Of a stretch of 64,000 nucleotides of DNA, positions 39,533 to 49,515 are shown piece after piece; the first letter of the stretch is position 1, and each line of letters opens with the position of its first letter. The DNA is taken from positions 513,488 through 577,487 of the forward strand of contig OZ246419.1 of the NCBI GenBank assembly GCA_965231135.1. Reading direction: 5' to 3'. The notes beneath the pieces were generated by a model. The model searched no databases. It was not told the origin of the DNA and worked only from the letters and a program-made list of their open reading frames with translations. The position numbers were made by a program, and so were the translations under genes. The DNA comes from an uncultured Gammaproteobacteria bacterium. GTDB taxonomy: Bacteria; Patescibacteriota; Microgenomatia; UBA8517.

Positions 39533-39774
39533 GCGAAATGCTTCATCGCACAAATTTTAGGTTTAATCCCATCAACTGGGTTTAGTTTAGCACAACCATA
39601 TATTGGTATAAAACGATTGTTTAAACAAAATATTACTAGAATAATAGATGCAATTATTTCCTTCTTTGGTAAGTGATATTCAATCTTGACATTGAGATCT
39701 ATGGCAATCTAAAGTAAATGAGAGTGGTTTTGTTAGTTTGACAAAAACTAACTCACAATATATCATAATGCACC

Positions 39775-40065
39775 ATGTCAGATTCTAGTGATACTAAAAA
39801 GACTGAGCAAAAGAAAATTACTGCACAAGAAGCAGCCGAATTAGCAGTAAAGCACTATAGAGGAGTTACTAACGACAATACTAGTATCCTACGAGTTTCT
39901 GAAACAGAGCTCTCAGAAGATGAAAGCGTCTGGAAAATTACCCTCTCTATCGCAAACCCCTCTGATCCTTTTGCTCTTTATGGGGGTGCTCGTTTGGATT
40001 ATAAAACGTTTGAAATCAACGCTATGACGGGTATTGTAATCTCAATGAAGATTAGGCCAAATTGA
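39775..40065 (+). CDS. Small PepSY-like hypothetical protein
   Basis: ITAQEAAELA...WKITL...FEINAMTG.V. Confidence 0.6.
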   Translation: MSDSSDTKKTEQKKITAQEAAELAVKHYRGVTNDNTSILRVSETELSEDESVWKITLSIANPSDPFALYGGARLDYKTFEINAMTGIVISMKIRPN

Positions 40066-40592
40066 AGAACTTCTCCCTTACAGATTTATCTGAATATTCT
40101 AAATATTTAATTAGTAGATATAGAAATGTGGGTGTTTTATTAGACACTAATGTTCTTTTGTTATTGCTTGTAGGTTATTACGACCCTAATTATATTGAGC
40201 AAGTTAAACGAATAAGAAAGTTTACAAAGGACGACTATTTTCTTTTGGCATGGCTTGTGAAACTATTTCCAAAACTTGTGGTCACCCCACAAATTCTTGC
40301 TGAAATTTCAAATTTTCTTGACTTATCAAAAAAACTTAGTAAAGAACAATTCTTAATCTTTATTCAACTGTTTATAGAGAAAATAAGAGACACAAAGGAA
40401 ATTTATAAAGAGAAAAATGACATGGTTATACATAATTTATTACCTACGTTAGGTTTTACTGACGTGTCAATTTCTATGCTTGCTGAGAAAAAGAGATGTT
40501 TAGTTATTACAGCAGATGGTCCGCTTGCCCAACGCATTAGAGAGAAGGGTAGCGATGTGATAAATTTTGAAGAAATTAGAATTAAATTATAA
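40062..40592 (+). CDS. PIN-domain nuclease
   Basis: LLDTNVL, ILAE, GFTD, LVITAD acidic tetrad. Confidence 0.85.
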   Translation: MKNFSLTDLSEYSKYLISRYRNVGVLLDTNVLLLLLVGYYDPNYIEQVKRIRKFTKDDYFLLAWLVKLFPKLVVTPQILAEISNFLDLSKKLSKEQFLIFIQLFIEKIRDTKEIYKEKNDMVIHNLLPTLGFTDVSISMLAEKKRCLVITADGPLAQRIREKGSDVINFEEIRIKL

Positions 40593-40618
40593 AAGATATA
40601 ATCTATTTTTTTGTTTTT

Positions 40619-40930
40619 TTACTTTTTACTATCTTGCATCCAAAACTCATCTATTGATTCCTGTATTTCTTCGTCTCGTTTGTCTTCAGCTTTTAGGGCT
40701 TCTCTTAACTCCTGAATCCTTTCAGGATCGAATTTATCTTCGATTTCTTCCTCAAGCTCTTTATCTGTATAGTTATCATACCCCTTAAAACCCATGCACA
40801 TTAATTCTTTTAGGTCATAGTAACATCTAGCAAATACCCATTCTTCGATACAATCCATTATTAGTAAATCGATCATCTCGTACCTTTGCTCTGTTTTTAT
40901 TTTTGTTTGTTTAACCTGTTTTTGATTCAT
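40619..40930 (-). CDS. Acidic hypothetical protein
   Basis: SD AAGGAGGTGA upstream. Confidence 0.7.
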   Translation of the reverse strand: MNQKQVKQTKIKTEQRYEMIDLLIMDCIEEWVFARCYYDLKELMCMGFKGYDNYTDKELEEEIEDKFDPERIQELREALKAEDKRDEEIQESIDEFWMQDSKK

Positions 40931-40951
40931 TGTTATCACCTCCTTCTGTGT

Positions 40952-42328
40952 TCATAAAAACTCATTAAATATTTTTTCTTCGGGACTTGCCAAAGTTTCT
41001 TGCTTTTCTATCGCAACTTGCTTGTCGTTTGTGTTTTTAATTTCGATTAGATTTAGGCATTCATTTGAGTAAAACCATTCAAATTCTTTTTTGAATCTAA
41101 TCATTTTTGACGGTCTTCCAGGAAAATCATCGCAATCAGTAGTCATATCAACGATTCCAAGAATTTTTAATTTTTCCATTTCTTTATCTGCTGTGGTAGA
41201 AGAACAATTTAAGCGTGTAACAATCTCTGTAGTCGTTGCTGCCCCATTGTTTAATATAAGAAATCTGAATATTTTTGTTCGTGAACTGGGAGCTGAATCA
41301 AATGCCACATTTAATACGATTTTGACATCTTCGCTGCTTATTTGGGTTCTATCACAAACTAAAGCATGGCCACGAGCTAGGTTATACAGTATTTGATTTA
41401 TTCTGTCTGGTTTCTCAATTACAGGTTCTTGGTATGAATAGTCTGTCCCGTCCAGTGAACTATCTTTCCACACATTAATACTACCTCTGAGCTTTGCCAA
41501 AATCGATGCAGCTCGAGAAATTATTTTAATTATTTCCATAGAATCATTTTGTTTGTTCCAAGTTATTCCATTAGGGAATGTTTTAAAAAGTGTTTCAATA
41601 TAGCTTTGGCTAGCACTAGTACACATCTTTTGTTTTTCTTTCCACGAAGACTTGATTAGTTGTTCAGCAAGCTCTACTTCGGTTTTCGTTGTACTTAGAA
41701 CATTCAAGAAAAATAGCCTAGACCCTAAGTTACCCATTAATTTGAAAATCCTTGGAGAAATAGGAGTTGAGGCAGCTAGAAGCATGAAATTGTAGCTACC
41801 AGAATAACCTCTACTTCCATGTACTCCTGCGTCAATTTGTAAACCTTCACCGTCCATTACACGCGTTAAAACACCCATATTTCGAAGTAGATCGTCGTCT
41901 CTTTGCCCGAACAGGGGAGCCATATCACGAATTATTAATACTTTATCTTTAATTCTTGGAAGTAAATCAACTTCGGCGAGTTTTTCTTTTTTGACATTTG
42001 CTGCCTGAGACACGAACGAGGATGGGGTAAAATTATCTGTCGCATAGGTGTAATCAGTTCCTGTGAACATATTTAGAATAATTGTTTTCCCAGCACTTGG
42101 GACATCGACTAAAACAATTGCACATGGATTGACAATGTCTTCTATTAAAAGCTGACCAAACATACTAAGACATACTTCTGCAGGCAAAACTAGTTCTGGG
42201 AAGTTAATTTTGATCACATCTTTCCATTCGGAATAATTCGATGTTTTTCCAACTAAATTTGACAGCGTGTTATCGTTTTCCGTCATAGGGTCTGATTTAG
42301 TTGGAATATTATTTTCTTCAAGATTCAT
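40952..42328 (-). CDS. P-loop ATPase (MCM/AAA+-like) with C-terminal HTH, putative replication helicase
   Basis: VDVPSAGKT Walker A, LIIRD Walker B-like, MGNLGSR arginine finger region, wHTH at C-terminus. Confidence 0.65.
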   Translation of the reverse strand: MNLEENNIPTKSDPMTENDNTLSNLVGKTSNYSEWKDVIKINFPELVLPAEVCLSMFGQLLIEDIVNPCAIVLVDVPSAGKTIILNMFTGTDYTYATDNFTPSSFVSQAANVKKEKLAEVDLLPRIKDKVLIIRDMAPLFGQRDDDLLRNMGVLTRVMDGEGLQIDAGVHGSRGYSGSYNFMLLAASTPISPRIFKLMGNLGSRLFFLNVLSTTKTEVELAEQLIKSSWKEKQKMCTSASQSYIETLFKTFPNGITWNKQNDSMEIIKIISRAASILAKLRGSINVWKDSSLDGTDYSYQEPVIEKPDRINQILYNLARGHALVCDRTQISSEDVKIVLNVAFDSAPSSRTKIFRFLILNNGAATTTEIVTRLNCSSTTADKEMEKLKILGIVDMTTDCDDFPGRPSKMIRFKKEFEWFYSNECLNLIEIKNTNDKQVAIEKQETLASPEEKIFNEFL

Positions 42329-42590
42329 AAAAAAGTACCTCCTTTTGTGTTGGGTATTTAGAAAATATCTTGTTTATTTTTCCTTGCCAGTATTTGTTAT
42401 TCTCAGTTGTGCCGGATGCTTCATTTGCCATTATTAAAGCTTTAATTGATTCAACAGTTTCTCTGTCAGTCCAGATTAATAAAGCTGCCCTAGTAAACGT
42501 ATTTTTGGAGAAATATGCTTTAGAGAGATATTCTTGAGATAAATTATCATGTTTAATAAACTCTTTTTTGTAGTGTTCAAATGCGCTCAT
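42318..42590 (-). CDS. Hypothetical protein
   Basis: ORF coupled to both neighbours. Confidence 0.6.
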   Translation of the reverse strand: MSAFEHYKKEFIKHDNLSQEYLSKAYFSKNTFTRAALLIWTDRETVESIKALIMANEASGTTENNKYWQGKINKIFSKYPTQKEVLFYES

Positions 42591-42859
42591 TTTGTACCCT
42601 CCTCATATAGTCTTGATTTGAGCATTTTCAATTGATTAAAATGCGCGATTGGTTCTATACGAAGCTCTTTTCTCCAATATTGATTGATTAGTTTGTCCAA
42701 TTCTTCATTTTTTTTGAAAGCAAATTCGATTTTTTGGGGATTAGTTCTATCAATAAATTCAATTGGGGCAAAAAGAGATAATGTGCTACAAAGACTCAAA
42801 TCACTTGTGAAAAAATACTCATCTGGATCTTTATTCATATCTTTTAATATGAATATCAT
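42587..42859 (-). CDS. DUF5659-like small protein
   Basis: TSDLSLCSTL...FAF...LKMLKSRLY; homologous to 23851-24114. Confidence 0.75.
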   Translation of the reverse strand: MIFILKDMNKDPDEYFFTSDLSLCSTLSLFAPIEFIDRTNPQKIEFAFKKNEELDKLINQYWRKELRIEPIAHFNQLKMLKSRLYEEGTK

Positions 42860-42973
42860 CGTGTATTTAAAATAACTTTTTAAAATCGGTATAACTACTT
42901 TTTTAGGCTTAAATTTACTCTTTTTATTGTATTTACAAAAAGGGGTTACTTTTATAGTATCAAGTTTGTTTAT

Positions 42974-43816
42974 TTATTCGTCCAGGGTAAGTTTTTGCAA
43001 TTGAAATTGTGTTGATTCTGTAGTTTTGCCTTTTATTGTTTTGATATATAAACCCGCTGTGGCTAAAAGTTTGTTAGTTTTTAGTTTAAGGCTCTTAATA
43101 TTAATTGGTTTTTTCTTGTTCAGAGTGCTGTCTATTCTGTTTTGAACACTTTTCCTTAAATGTGGTTGTAAATCTGTTAATTCTTCTAAAAAAGATTTCA
43201 TTAGTTTAGCTTTTTTGTGCTTTTTTATAATTTCTCTGACGAGTTGCTTTGCTATTTTCTTTGTTAATTTTCTATTTGTTAGATTTTTTGCTGGTTCAGT
43301 TCGGTTATCCAAACAGACTTCAATGGTGTTATTCCAAAAGATGATTTTTCTTATTCTTATCTTCTTTTGGAAGCACAAATACATTAAACTGTGACAATAG
43401 TTGGGAGTTTCGTTTTTGAAAATTGTTATATTGTTTTTGCCATTTTCTGTGATGAAGTTTGGATTATTTATTTGGTCTATTATCTTATTTGCATATACTT
43501 CTGGTTTAGAATATATCGCTTGTCCCGATAGCTCTTTGTGCGAATATAACAGTTGATAATTTTTAATAAACTTTTCAAGATCTTTATATTGCAATGAGTT
43601 GACAGAAATCGTATAAGAATCCGTATTTTTAGTAAGTGAAAACATATTACTAAATACATTACTTTTTTCCATATCTTCAAAGTATTTTCCTGATAACGAC
43701 TTGCCAGTTACTTGTGCAAGATATTCATCTTTTTCAAAAGCAGATATTTTTAGATATATTGATAGAAGATTACCTAACAAAATATCTGGCAACAAACTTG
43801 TTTTGTTTATACCCAT
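42974..43816 (-). CDS. Hypothetical protein with basic C-terminal domain
   Basis: 280-aa ORF. Confidence 0.65.
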   Translation of the reverse strand: MGINKTSLLPDILLGNLLSIYLKISAFEKDEYLAQVTGKSLSGKYFEDMEKSNVFSNMFSLTKNTDSYTISVNSLQYKDLEKFIKNYQLLYSHKELSGQAIYSKPEVYANKIIDQINNPNFITENGKNNITIFKNETPNYCHSLMYLCFQKKIRIRKIIFWNNTIEVCLDNRTEPAKNLTNRKLTKKIAKQLVREIIKKHKKAKLMKSFLEELTDLQPHLRKSVQNRIDSTLNKKKPINIKSLKLKTNKLLATAGLYIKTIKGKTTESTQFQLQKLTLDE

Positions 43817-43839
43817 TTTAATTTTAATTTGTACTTAGT

Positions 43840-44220
43840 CTACGCCTGTACCTTATTTTTGCTATTTTCCACTATTTCAACTTGTACTTTTGAGATCGCT
43901 TCCTTTGCATTTTCGATTAGCTGTCGTGGTTTACCTTCTGTAATGTCTGCAACAGCCCTGAAACTTGCTAAATCGTGTCTGGCCTTAAGGATCATCGCAA
44001 ATGCTAAATCACCAGCAACAGTTCTTTTATTTGTTGGTGTATTTTTTTGCCAGCTTAAAAATTCAGATACTGTTAGAGTCTTAAAATAATCAAGCCAATA
44101 CTTGAATGACTCTAAATTTTTGGGTCTTCCGCCTGGATTTCTGTGCTCCGGGTGATCTTTGAAACCCCCGCGACCCAAACGATTACGATTGAAATTGACT
44201 TGTTCTGTAGTCTGACTCAT
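43840..44220 (-). CDS. DUF5681-like / terminase small subunit-like protein
   Basis: NPGGRPK motif; SFKYWLDYFKTLTVSEF nearly identical to 25432-25803. Confidence 0.7.
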   Translation of the reverse strand: MSQTTEQVNFNRNRLGRGGFKDHPEHRNPGGRPKNLESFKYWLDYFKTLTVSEFLSWQKNTPTNKRTVAGDLAFAMILKARHDLASFRAVADITEGKPRQLIENAKEAISKVQVEIVENSKNKVQA

Positions 44221-44358
44221 TAATGTATTATATCGCCTCCACAAAATTAAACCTAAAGTAACTACTATATAACGAGATTCTATTAAAAACAGAAGAATTG
44301 ATCAGAATATTGACAGATATAAATAAATATACTAAACTCTGCCTCATAATAAATTACT

Positions 44359-44538
44359 ATGAGTATTATTAAGCCATTTTTGACACCCTCTGACGTTGCA
44401 CGTGAGTTACAGCTTAATCTTCTAACCATTTACAAATACATTAGACAGAGAAAAATAACTGCTATCAAACTTGGTCGAAACTACCGAATAAAAAGAGTAG
44501 ATTTGGAAAAGTTTGTAAACGCTAACAAAACAGTTTAG
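44359..44538 (+). CDS. Excisionase-family HTH protein (not in ORF track)
   Basis: 59 aa MSIIKPFLTPSDVARELQLNLLTIYKYIRQRKITAIKLGRNYRI... Confidence 0.85.
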   Translation: MSIIKPFLTPSDVARELQLNLLTIYKYIRQRKITAIKLGRNYRIKRVDLEKFVNANKTV

Positions 44539-44556
44539 TCATTCTATTAAAAAATT

Positions 44557-45345
44557 ATGAATATAAATTATAGGAAAGCATTAATTATCGAAAATACATT
44601 TATCGCCCTCATAATTCTTCTTGTTGGGTTTGTAAGGGTTATTAATTCCGTTCCTGCAATAAAGAATGCCCTAGTAATGGCTACAACTCATCAGCCAGAG
44701 AGGTTTACAGAACTTTATTTCGAAAATCATACATCACTTTCCATTAACAGTTTTGAGTTTACTGTCCACAATTTGGAGGATAGGGAAATGACATACCCAT
44801 ACGAAGTTTATGTACAAAGCTCTGATGCTAAGCAACAGCAAATGATTGATAAAGGAGAATTTATCTTAAAACAAGGAGACTATAAAACTATTAGCGAATC
44901 TTTCGTACCTGGCTATAGTTTTATTGGACAGAAGGCAGACGTAATAGTAAATCTTGTTAATAAAGACCAGAAAATATCGTTTTGGACAACACCCACAAAC
45001 ACAAAAACCAGCATTCCTCAAGAACAGAAAGAGAACCTTCAATCAACAGGACTGTATTTTACGAGCGAATTACCTTTAAGAGTTTTACAAGGCCAACCCA
45101 TAAATTTTTCATTCGGTGTACAAAATTTAAAATATTCAGATCATATTTATCCATATACAGTCTATATAGAAGAAAATGGTAGAGATACGCAGATTATGCA
45201 GGGTGAAGCGTATGTAAAACAAAATTCTAGCACGACAATTTCTGTCTCCTATCAATTAGCAACTTTAATCAGAAATGCCAAGGTATACGTTCGATTAACC
45301 GGAGAAAATCAATATATTTATTTCCAAATGAAAGGTGCTCAATGA
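44557..45345 (+). CDS. DUF1616-like membrane-anchored protein with two Ig-like domains
   Basis: ERFTELYF, F.VHNLE...Y.Y repeated twice. Confidence 0.65.
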   Translation: MNINYRKALIIENTFIALIILLVGFVRVINSVPAIKNALVMATTHQPERFTELYFENHTSLSINSFEFTVHNLEDREMTYPYEVYVQSSDAKQQQMIDKGEFILKQGDYKTISESFVPGYSFIGQKADVIVNLVNKDQKISFWTTPTNTKTSIPQEQKENLQSTGLYFTSELPLRVLQGQPINFSFGVQNLKYSDHIYPYTVYIEENGRDTQIMQGEAYVKQNSSTTISVSYQLATLIRNAKVYVRLTGENQYIYFQMKGAQ

Positions 45346-46091
45346 AAAAAATTACCGTATTGATACCATGCTACAACGAAGAAAAAGGTGTTCAAAAGGT
45401 AATTAGAGGTATCCCTGTCGAGAAACTTCGCAGATTAGGTTTCAAGACTGAGGTTGTTGTGATTGATAACAATTCTACGGATAAAACATCTAGCGTGGCA
45501 AAGAAGCTGGGTGCGACTGTTTTATTTGAACCCAAAAAAGGAAAAGGTAACGCGATGAAGCTTGGTTTTTCTTATATAAACCTTGACACAGACTACATCA
45601 TCATGCTCGATGGGGACGATACATATAAGGGTTATGAAATTCCCCGGCTCGTTGAGCCGCTTGACAGTGGATTTTGCGATGTTGTGGTCGGCTCAAGGCT
45701 ATTAGGAAAAATAAACAAAGGTGCCTTTAAGTTTAGCAATAGAATCGTCAATTGGGGATATGCTTTTATGGTTAGGCATTTTTATCGTGCTAATGTTACA
45801 GATGTTTTAAGCGGTTTCTTTGCCTGGCGAAAGGAAGCGCTTGATGATTTAAAAATACATTTAAATTCTGACGGTTTCGCTATCGAGATGGAGATGATTA
45901 CAAAAATGGTTAAGATGGGCCACTCTGTTTATTCTGTTCCTATTACTTACGATGTCCGTGAAGGGGAATCTAAGATCAGTTCATTCGCGGACGGTTTTAG
46001 AATCTCAAAAATGTTTCTTAGAAATTTTACCTGGAAGCCAACTCAACCTGAAAAGCAAAAGATTGAAATAGATATTGAACAAGCAATATGA
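45342..46091 (+). CDS. GT2 glycosyltransferase (DPM-synthase-like)
   Basis: IPCYNEE, DNNSTD, DGDDTY, VVGSR. Confidence 0.9.
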   Translation: MKKITVLIPCYNEEKGVQKVIRGIPVEKLRRLGFKTEVVVIDNNSTDKTSSVAKKLGATVLFEPKKGKGNAMKLGFSYINLDTDYIIMLDGDDTYKGYEIPRLVEPLDSGFCDVVVGSRLLGKINKGAFKFSNRIVNWGYAFMVRHFYRANVTDVLSGFFAWRKEALDDLKIHLNSDGFAIEMEMITKMVKMGHSVYSVPITYDVREGESKISSFADGFRISKMFLRNFTWKPTQPEKQKIEIDIEQAI

Positions 46092-47251
46092 AGAAAATCG
46101 CATTTGTATCAGACTCAATTTATCCTTACAACAAAGGTGGAAAAGAAAAAAGACTCTTTGACATTTCGACTCGACTCTCACAAAAGGGTCACGATGTTCA
46201 TATATATACAATGAAGTGGTGGAGAGGAAAAAATGTAAGAACTGAAAAAGGAGTCACTCTGCATGCAATTTCACCTTATTATTCTCTTTATTCTGGTAAT
46301 CGAAGATCTATTAAACAGGGCGTGATGTTTGGTTTGGCATGCTTAAAACTAATAAACGAAGACTGGGATATTGTGGACGTGGACCACATGCCGTTTTTCC
46401 CATTATTCTCTGTGAAATTCATATGCGTTCTTAAGAGTAAGAAGATGTATGCTACATGGCACGAGGTATGGGGTAGTAACTATTGGATGAAGTACATGGG
46501 TATTAAAGGTTTGGTTTCTGCATTTATTGAAAGATTTAGTGTTTTGCTTCCAGATGAAATAATTTCAGTTTCAAATCTTACAACCACAAAACTAAAGGGT
46601 AGACTTAAATCGAATAAGAAGATTTATACGATACCCGTTGGAATAGATTTTGAGTATATAAAGGCAATCAGAATGTCTTCTAAAAAATTTGACGTTGTTT
46701 TTGCAGGTAGACTTCTTAGCCATAAAAACGTAGATGTTTTAATTAAATCAGTATTTAATTTAAAGAGGCAATTTCCTCGGATAAAATGTCTAATAATTGG
46801 TGATGGGCCAGAGAAAAAAAGATTAGAAAAATTAGTTAGCGATCTTAAGCTTAAACAGAACGTACTGTTTTCAGGTTTTATCGAAAATCACTCTAAGGTG
46901 TATTCACTTATTAAATCATCAAGAGTATTTGTGCTTCCATCTACGCGAGAAGGATTTGGGATAGTAGTTATCGAAGCAAATGCCTGTGGGATACCAGTAA
47001 TAACAATAAATCATAAAGATAATGCTTCGAAATCTCTTATTATGAATAATCAAAACGGTATTACGTGTGATCTTGATCCAAACGTTCTTGCTGAAAAAAT
47101 AAGTATCATATTTAGAAGATCGGCCAATAAGGAAGAGAAGGTTAAATATGAATCTTTTGCACGTGTTTACCAGTGGGAAAACATTATAAATAAGCTGGAA
47201 AAAATTTATATGACAGCAAAAAGATTTGAATACGAGGAGGTCTTGGCATGA
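46088..47251 (+). CDS. GT4 glycosyltransferase
   Basis: GGKE, EGFGIVVIEANACG. Confidence 0.9.
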   Translation: MKKIAFVSDSIYPYNKGGKEKRLFDISTRLSQKGHDVHIYTMKWWRGKNVRTEKGVTLHAISPYYSLYSGNRRSIKQGVMFGLACLKLINEDWDIVDVDHMPFFPLFSVKFICVLKSKKMYATWHEVWGSNYWMKYMGIKGLVSAFIERFSVLLPDEIISVSNLTTTKLKGRLKSNKKIYTIPVGIDFEYIKAIRMSSKKFDVVFAGRLLSHKNVDVLIKSVFNLKRQFPRIKCLIIGDGPEKKRLEKLVSDLKLKQNVLFSGFIENHSKVYSLIKSSRVFVLPSTREGFGIVVIEANACGIPVITINHKDNASKSLIMNNQNGITCDLDPNVLAEKISIIFRRSANKEEKVKYESFARVYQWENIINKLEKIYMTAKRFEYEEVLA

Positions 47252-49515
47252 AGATAATTGTTATTCCCAACATGCCTACAATGTCTGGTAGGCATTATTG
47301 CATTGCGAAAAGCTTTGTTGAGCACGGGCACGAGGTCCACTATATGATGTGGGCTTTGCCCTACGGAATGAATGCCAAAGGATTGTTAAGACATTGCTTT
47401 ACATCTTTAATACCGAATAAGTCTAGATATGAAGAGTTTACTGTTCATAAAGCAATCCGGCTTCCTTATTTTTGGCCTTTAATAAACGGTTTTCTTTTTA
47501 AATATCAAATAACAAATCTTTACAAGAAATTAGAGGCGGATTTTATATTTACTGAAGGTTACACAAATGAAACAGAAGTCCCTTGTGATCTTCCTTTTAT
47601 ATATGATTTGGCTGATGACTATGCTGCCCCTGCTGATGTTTACGGATCGCTTGTTTATAAATTTGCCTTCAAACTTCTTAACGTTAGTGGTGTTATGGAG
47701 AGACAGAGCAAAAATGCTTTGGCTGTTACTGCTGTTTCGGAAGCACTTCGTAAATATGCAAAAAGATTTAATAAGAATGTCTATAAATCGCCAAATGGTG
47801 TTGATAATAAAATCATTAGAAAAGTATTAAAAGATAAATCAACATATTCCAAAAATAATTTTTCAATGATTTACGTAACAGGCTTCGGCCCATGGAGTCG
47901 TGCGATAGAGACACTGAAAACAACCGTAAAACTACACCAAGAATTTCCTGAACTCAGTCTTACTCTTGTGGGAAAAGGTAATCAGGTTAATGATATGTTG
48001 GAGTTTATTAAAGAGAATAAAGCTGAAAGTTATATCCACTACCTAGGTTTTGTTGGTAATCGCGAACAACTATTCAGAAGAATAAATACGCACAGTATCG
48101 GATTGAATATTTCTGATAAAAACAAGTGGAGAGATGCTGCACATCCTATTAAAGTTCTCGAATATTCTGCATTAGGGAAGAGAGTTGTTTCTACTGATTT
48201 ATATGAGGTAAAGGCACTACGGTTTCCTAACATCTTTTTATTCTCTGACAGAAAAGGCGGAAAATCTCTTGAAAATACTCTACGACTAGCTCTACAAGAT
48301 TCGCGCGATATAAAGGATTTTAAAAACATAAGCTCACATGTTTTAAAGACATATAACTGGGATACAGAGGCCAAAAGGATCATAAAGATTGTTAGAGATA
48401 TGAAAAATAGTAAAAGTGTCGAAGTAGGTAAAATCGTGCATGTTACTCCATCTTATCCCCCTAATCTAGGTGGGCTGGAAAAAGTTGTACAGCTTCTAGC
48501 ACGAGTTCAAAAAGATAAGGGTTTGAATGTATCTGTGATAACTTCGCAACCAGATAGAAAACAAAGACTCGAAAAAGATGTAGTGCAGGTTACTCGACTG
48601 AGGAGTTTTAAATTTGCAAGTACTAAGATAATGCCAGGATTACTAACCAAGATACTTGCAATTAAGCCAAATGACATAGTTCACCTACATATAATTTCTG
48701 CTTATATGCCAGAAATAGTGTGGTTAGCTTCTAAAATAAAGGGCTTTAAATATATTGTTCATTTACATCTAAATATAGAGGCTACGACACGCGCAGGGTG
48801 GCTTTTGAAACTTTATAAGCCTTATATATTAAAACGTGTATTGACGGGAGCAAGTTATATAGTTGTGTTTACTCAAGAACAAAAAAACTCTGTATTCAAA
48901 GAATATGGTGTCGATAAATCAAAAATTAAAGTAATCCCTAATGGAGTAGAAGATAAGTTCTATTTTGATAAACCTAGGAAACAACATAAAAAACCTCGAT
49001 TGCTTTTTGTAGGTAGGCTTGACGTACAGAAAAATTTGCCTCAGTTTTTATACGGGCTTGATGGGATCTCTGATCATTTTGAGACTATCATTGTCGGGGA
49101 TGGAGCGTTAAAGCATGATCTTAAAAAATTGGCAAAAGAGTTGAAACTAAAGAGGATATCTTTTGTCGGACGTAAGGACGGGACAAATTTAATTAGATAT
49201 TACAAATCTTCCGACATTTTTATATTGCCTTCCGAGCGTGAAGGGATGCCGCTTGCACTACTAGAAGCGATGGCAATGGGTCTGCCTTCTGTGGTAACAG
49301 ATGTATCTGGAAACCACGATGTGATTATAGATGGACAAAATGGGAAACTCGTTCCATTAGGAGATCCGCTTGCACTTAAGAATGCAATTAAAAGTTTAAG
49401 CAATAGTAGAAGATTATATACAAACATGAGTATGTCTGCTTATCAAACGGCTCATAAGTATTCGTGGAATGTTATATCCAACCAGTTTGAAAAATTATAT
49501 GAAAACACTATTTAA
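47248..49515 (+). CDS. Tandem double GT4 glycosyltransferase
   Basis: Two GT-B units: PIKVLEYSALG and EGMPLALLEAMA. Confidence 0.85.
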   Translation: MKIIVIPNMPTMSGRHYCIAKSFVEHGHEVHYMMWALPYGMNAKGLLRHCFTSLIPNKSRYEEFTVHKAIRLPYFWPLINGFLFKYQITNLYKKLEADFIFTEGYTNETEVPCDLPFIYDLADDYAAPADVYGSLVYKFAFKLLNVSGVMERQSKNALAVTAVSEALRKYAKRFNKNVYKSPNGVDNKIIRKVLKDKSTYSKNNFSMIYVTGFGPWSRAIETLKTTVKLHQEFPELSLTLVGKGNQVNDMLEFIKENKAESYIHYLGFVGNREQLFRRINTHSIGLNISDKNKWRDAAHPIKVLEYSALGKRVVSTDLYEVKALRFPNIFLFSDRKGGKSLENTLRLALQDSRDIKDFKNISSHVLKTYNWDTEAKRIIKIVRDMKNSKSVEVGKIVHVTPSYPPNLGGLEKVVQLLARVQKDKGLNVSVITSQPDRKQRLEKDVVQVTRLRSFKFASTKIMPGLLTKILAIKPNDIVHLHIISAYMPEIVWLASKIKGFKYIVHLHLNIEATTRAGWLLKLYKPYILKRVLTGASYIVVFTQEQKNSVFKEYGVDKSKIKVIPNGVEDKFYFDKPRKQHKKPRLLFVGRLDVQKNLPQFLYGLDGISDHFETIIVGDGALKHDLKKLAKELKLKRISFVGRKDGTNLIRYYKSSDIFILPSEREGMPLALLEAMAMGLPSVVTDVSGNHDVIIDGQNGKLVPLGDPLALKNAIKSLSNSRRLYTNMSMSAYQTAHKYSWNVISNQFEKLYENTI

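Noticed and set aside
42860-42973. Short AT-rich repeats upstream of the DUF5659-like genes (also CTAGTGA twice near 24147-24166) as origin iterons
   Set aside because: Too short and AT-rich to separate from chance
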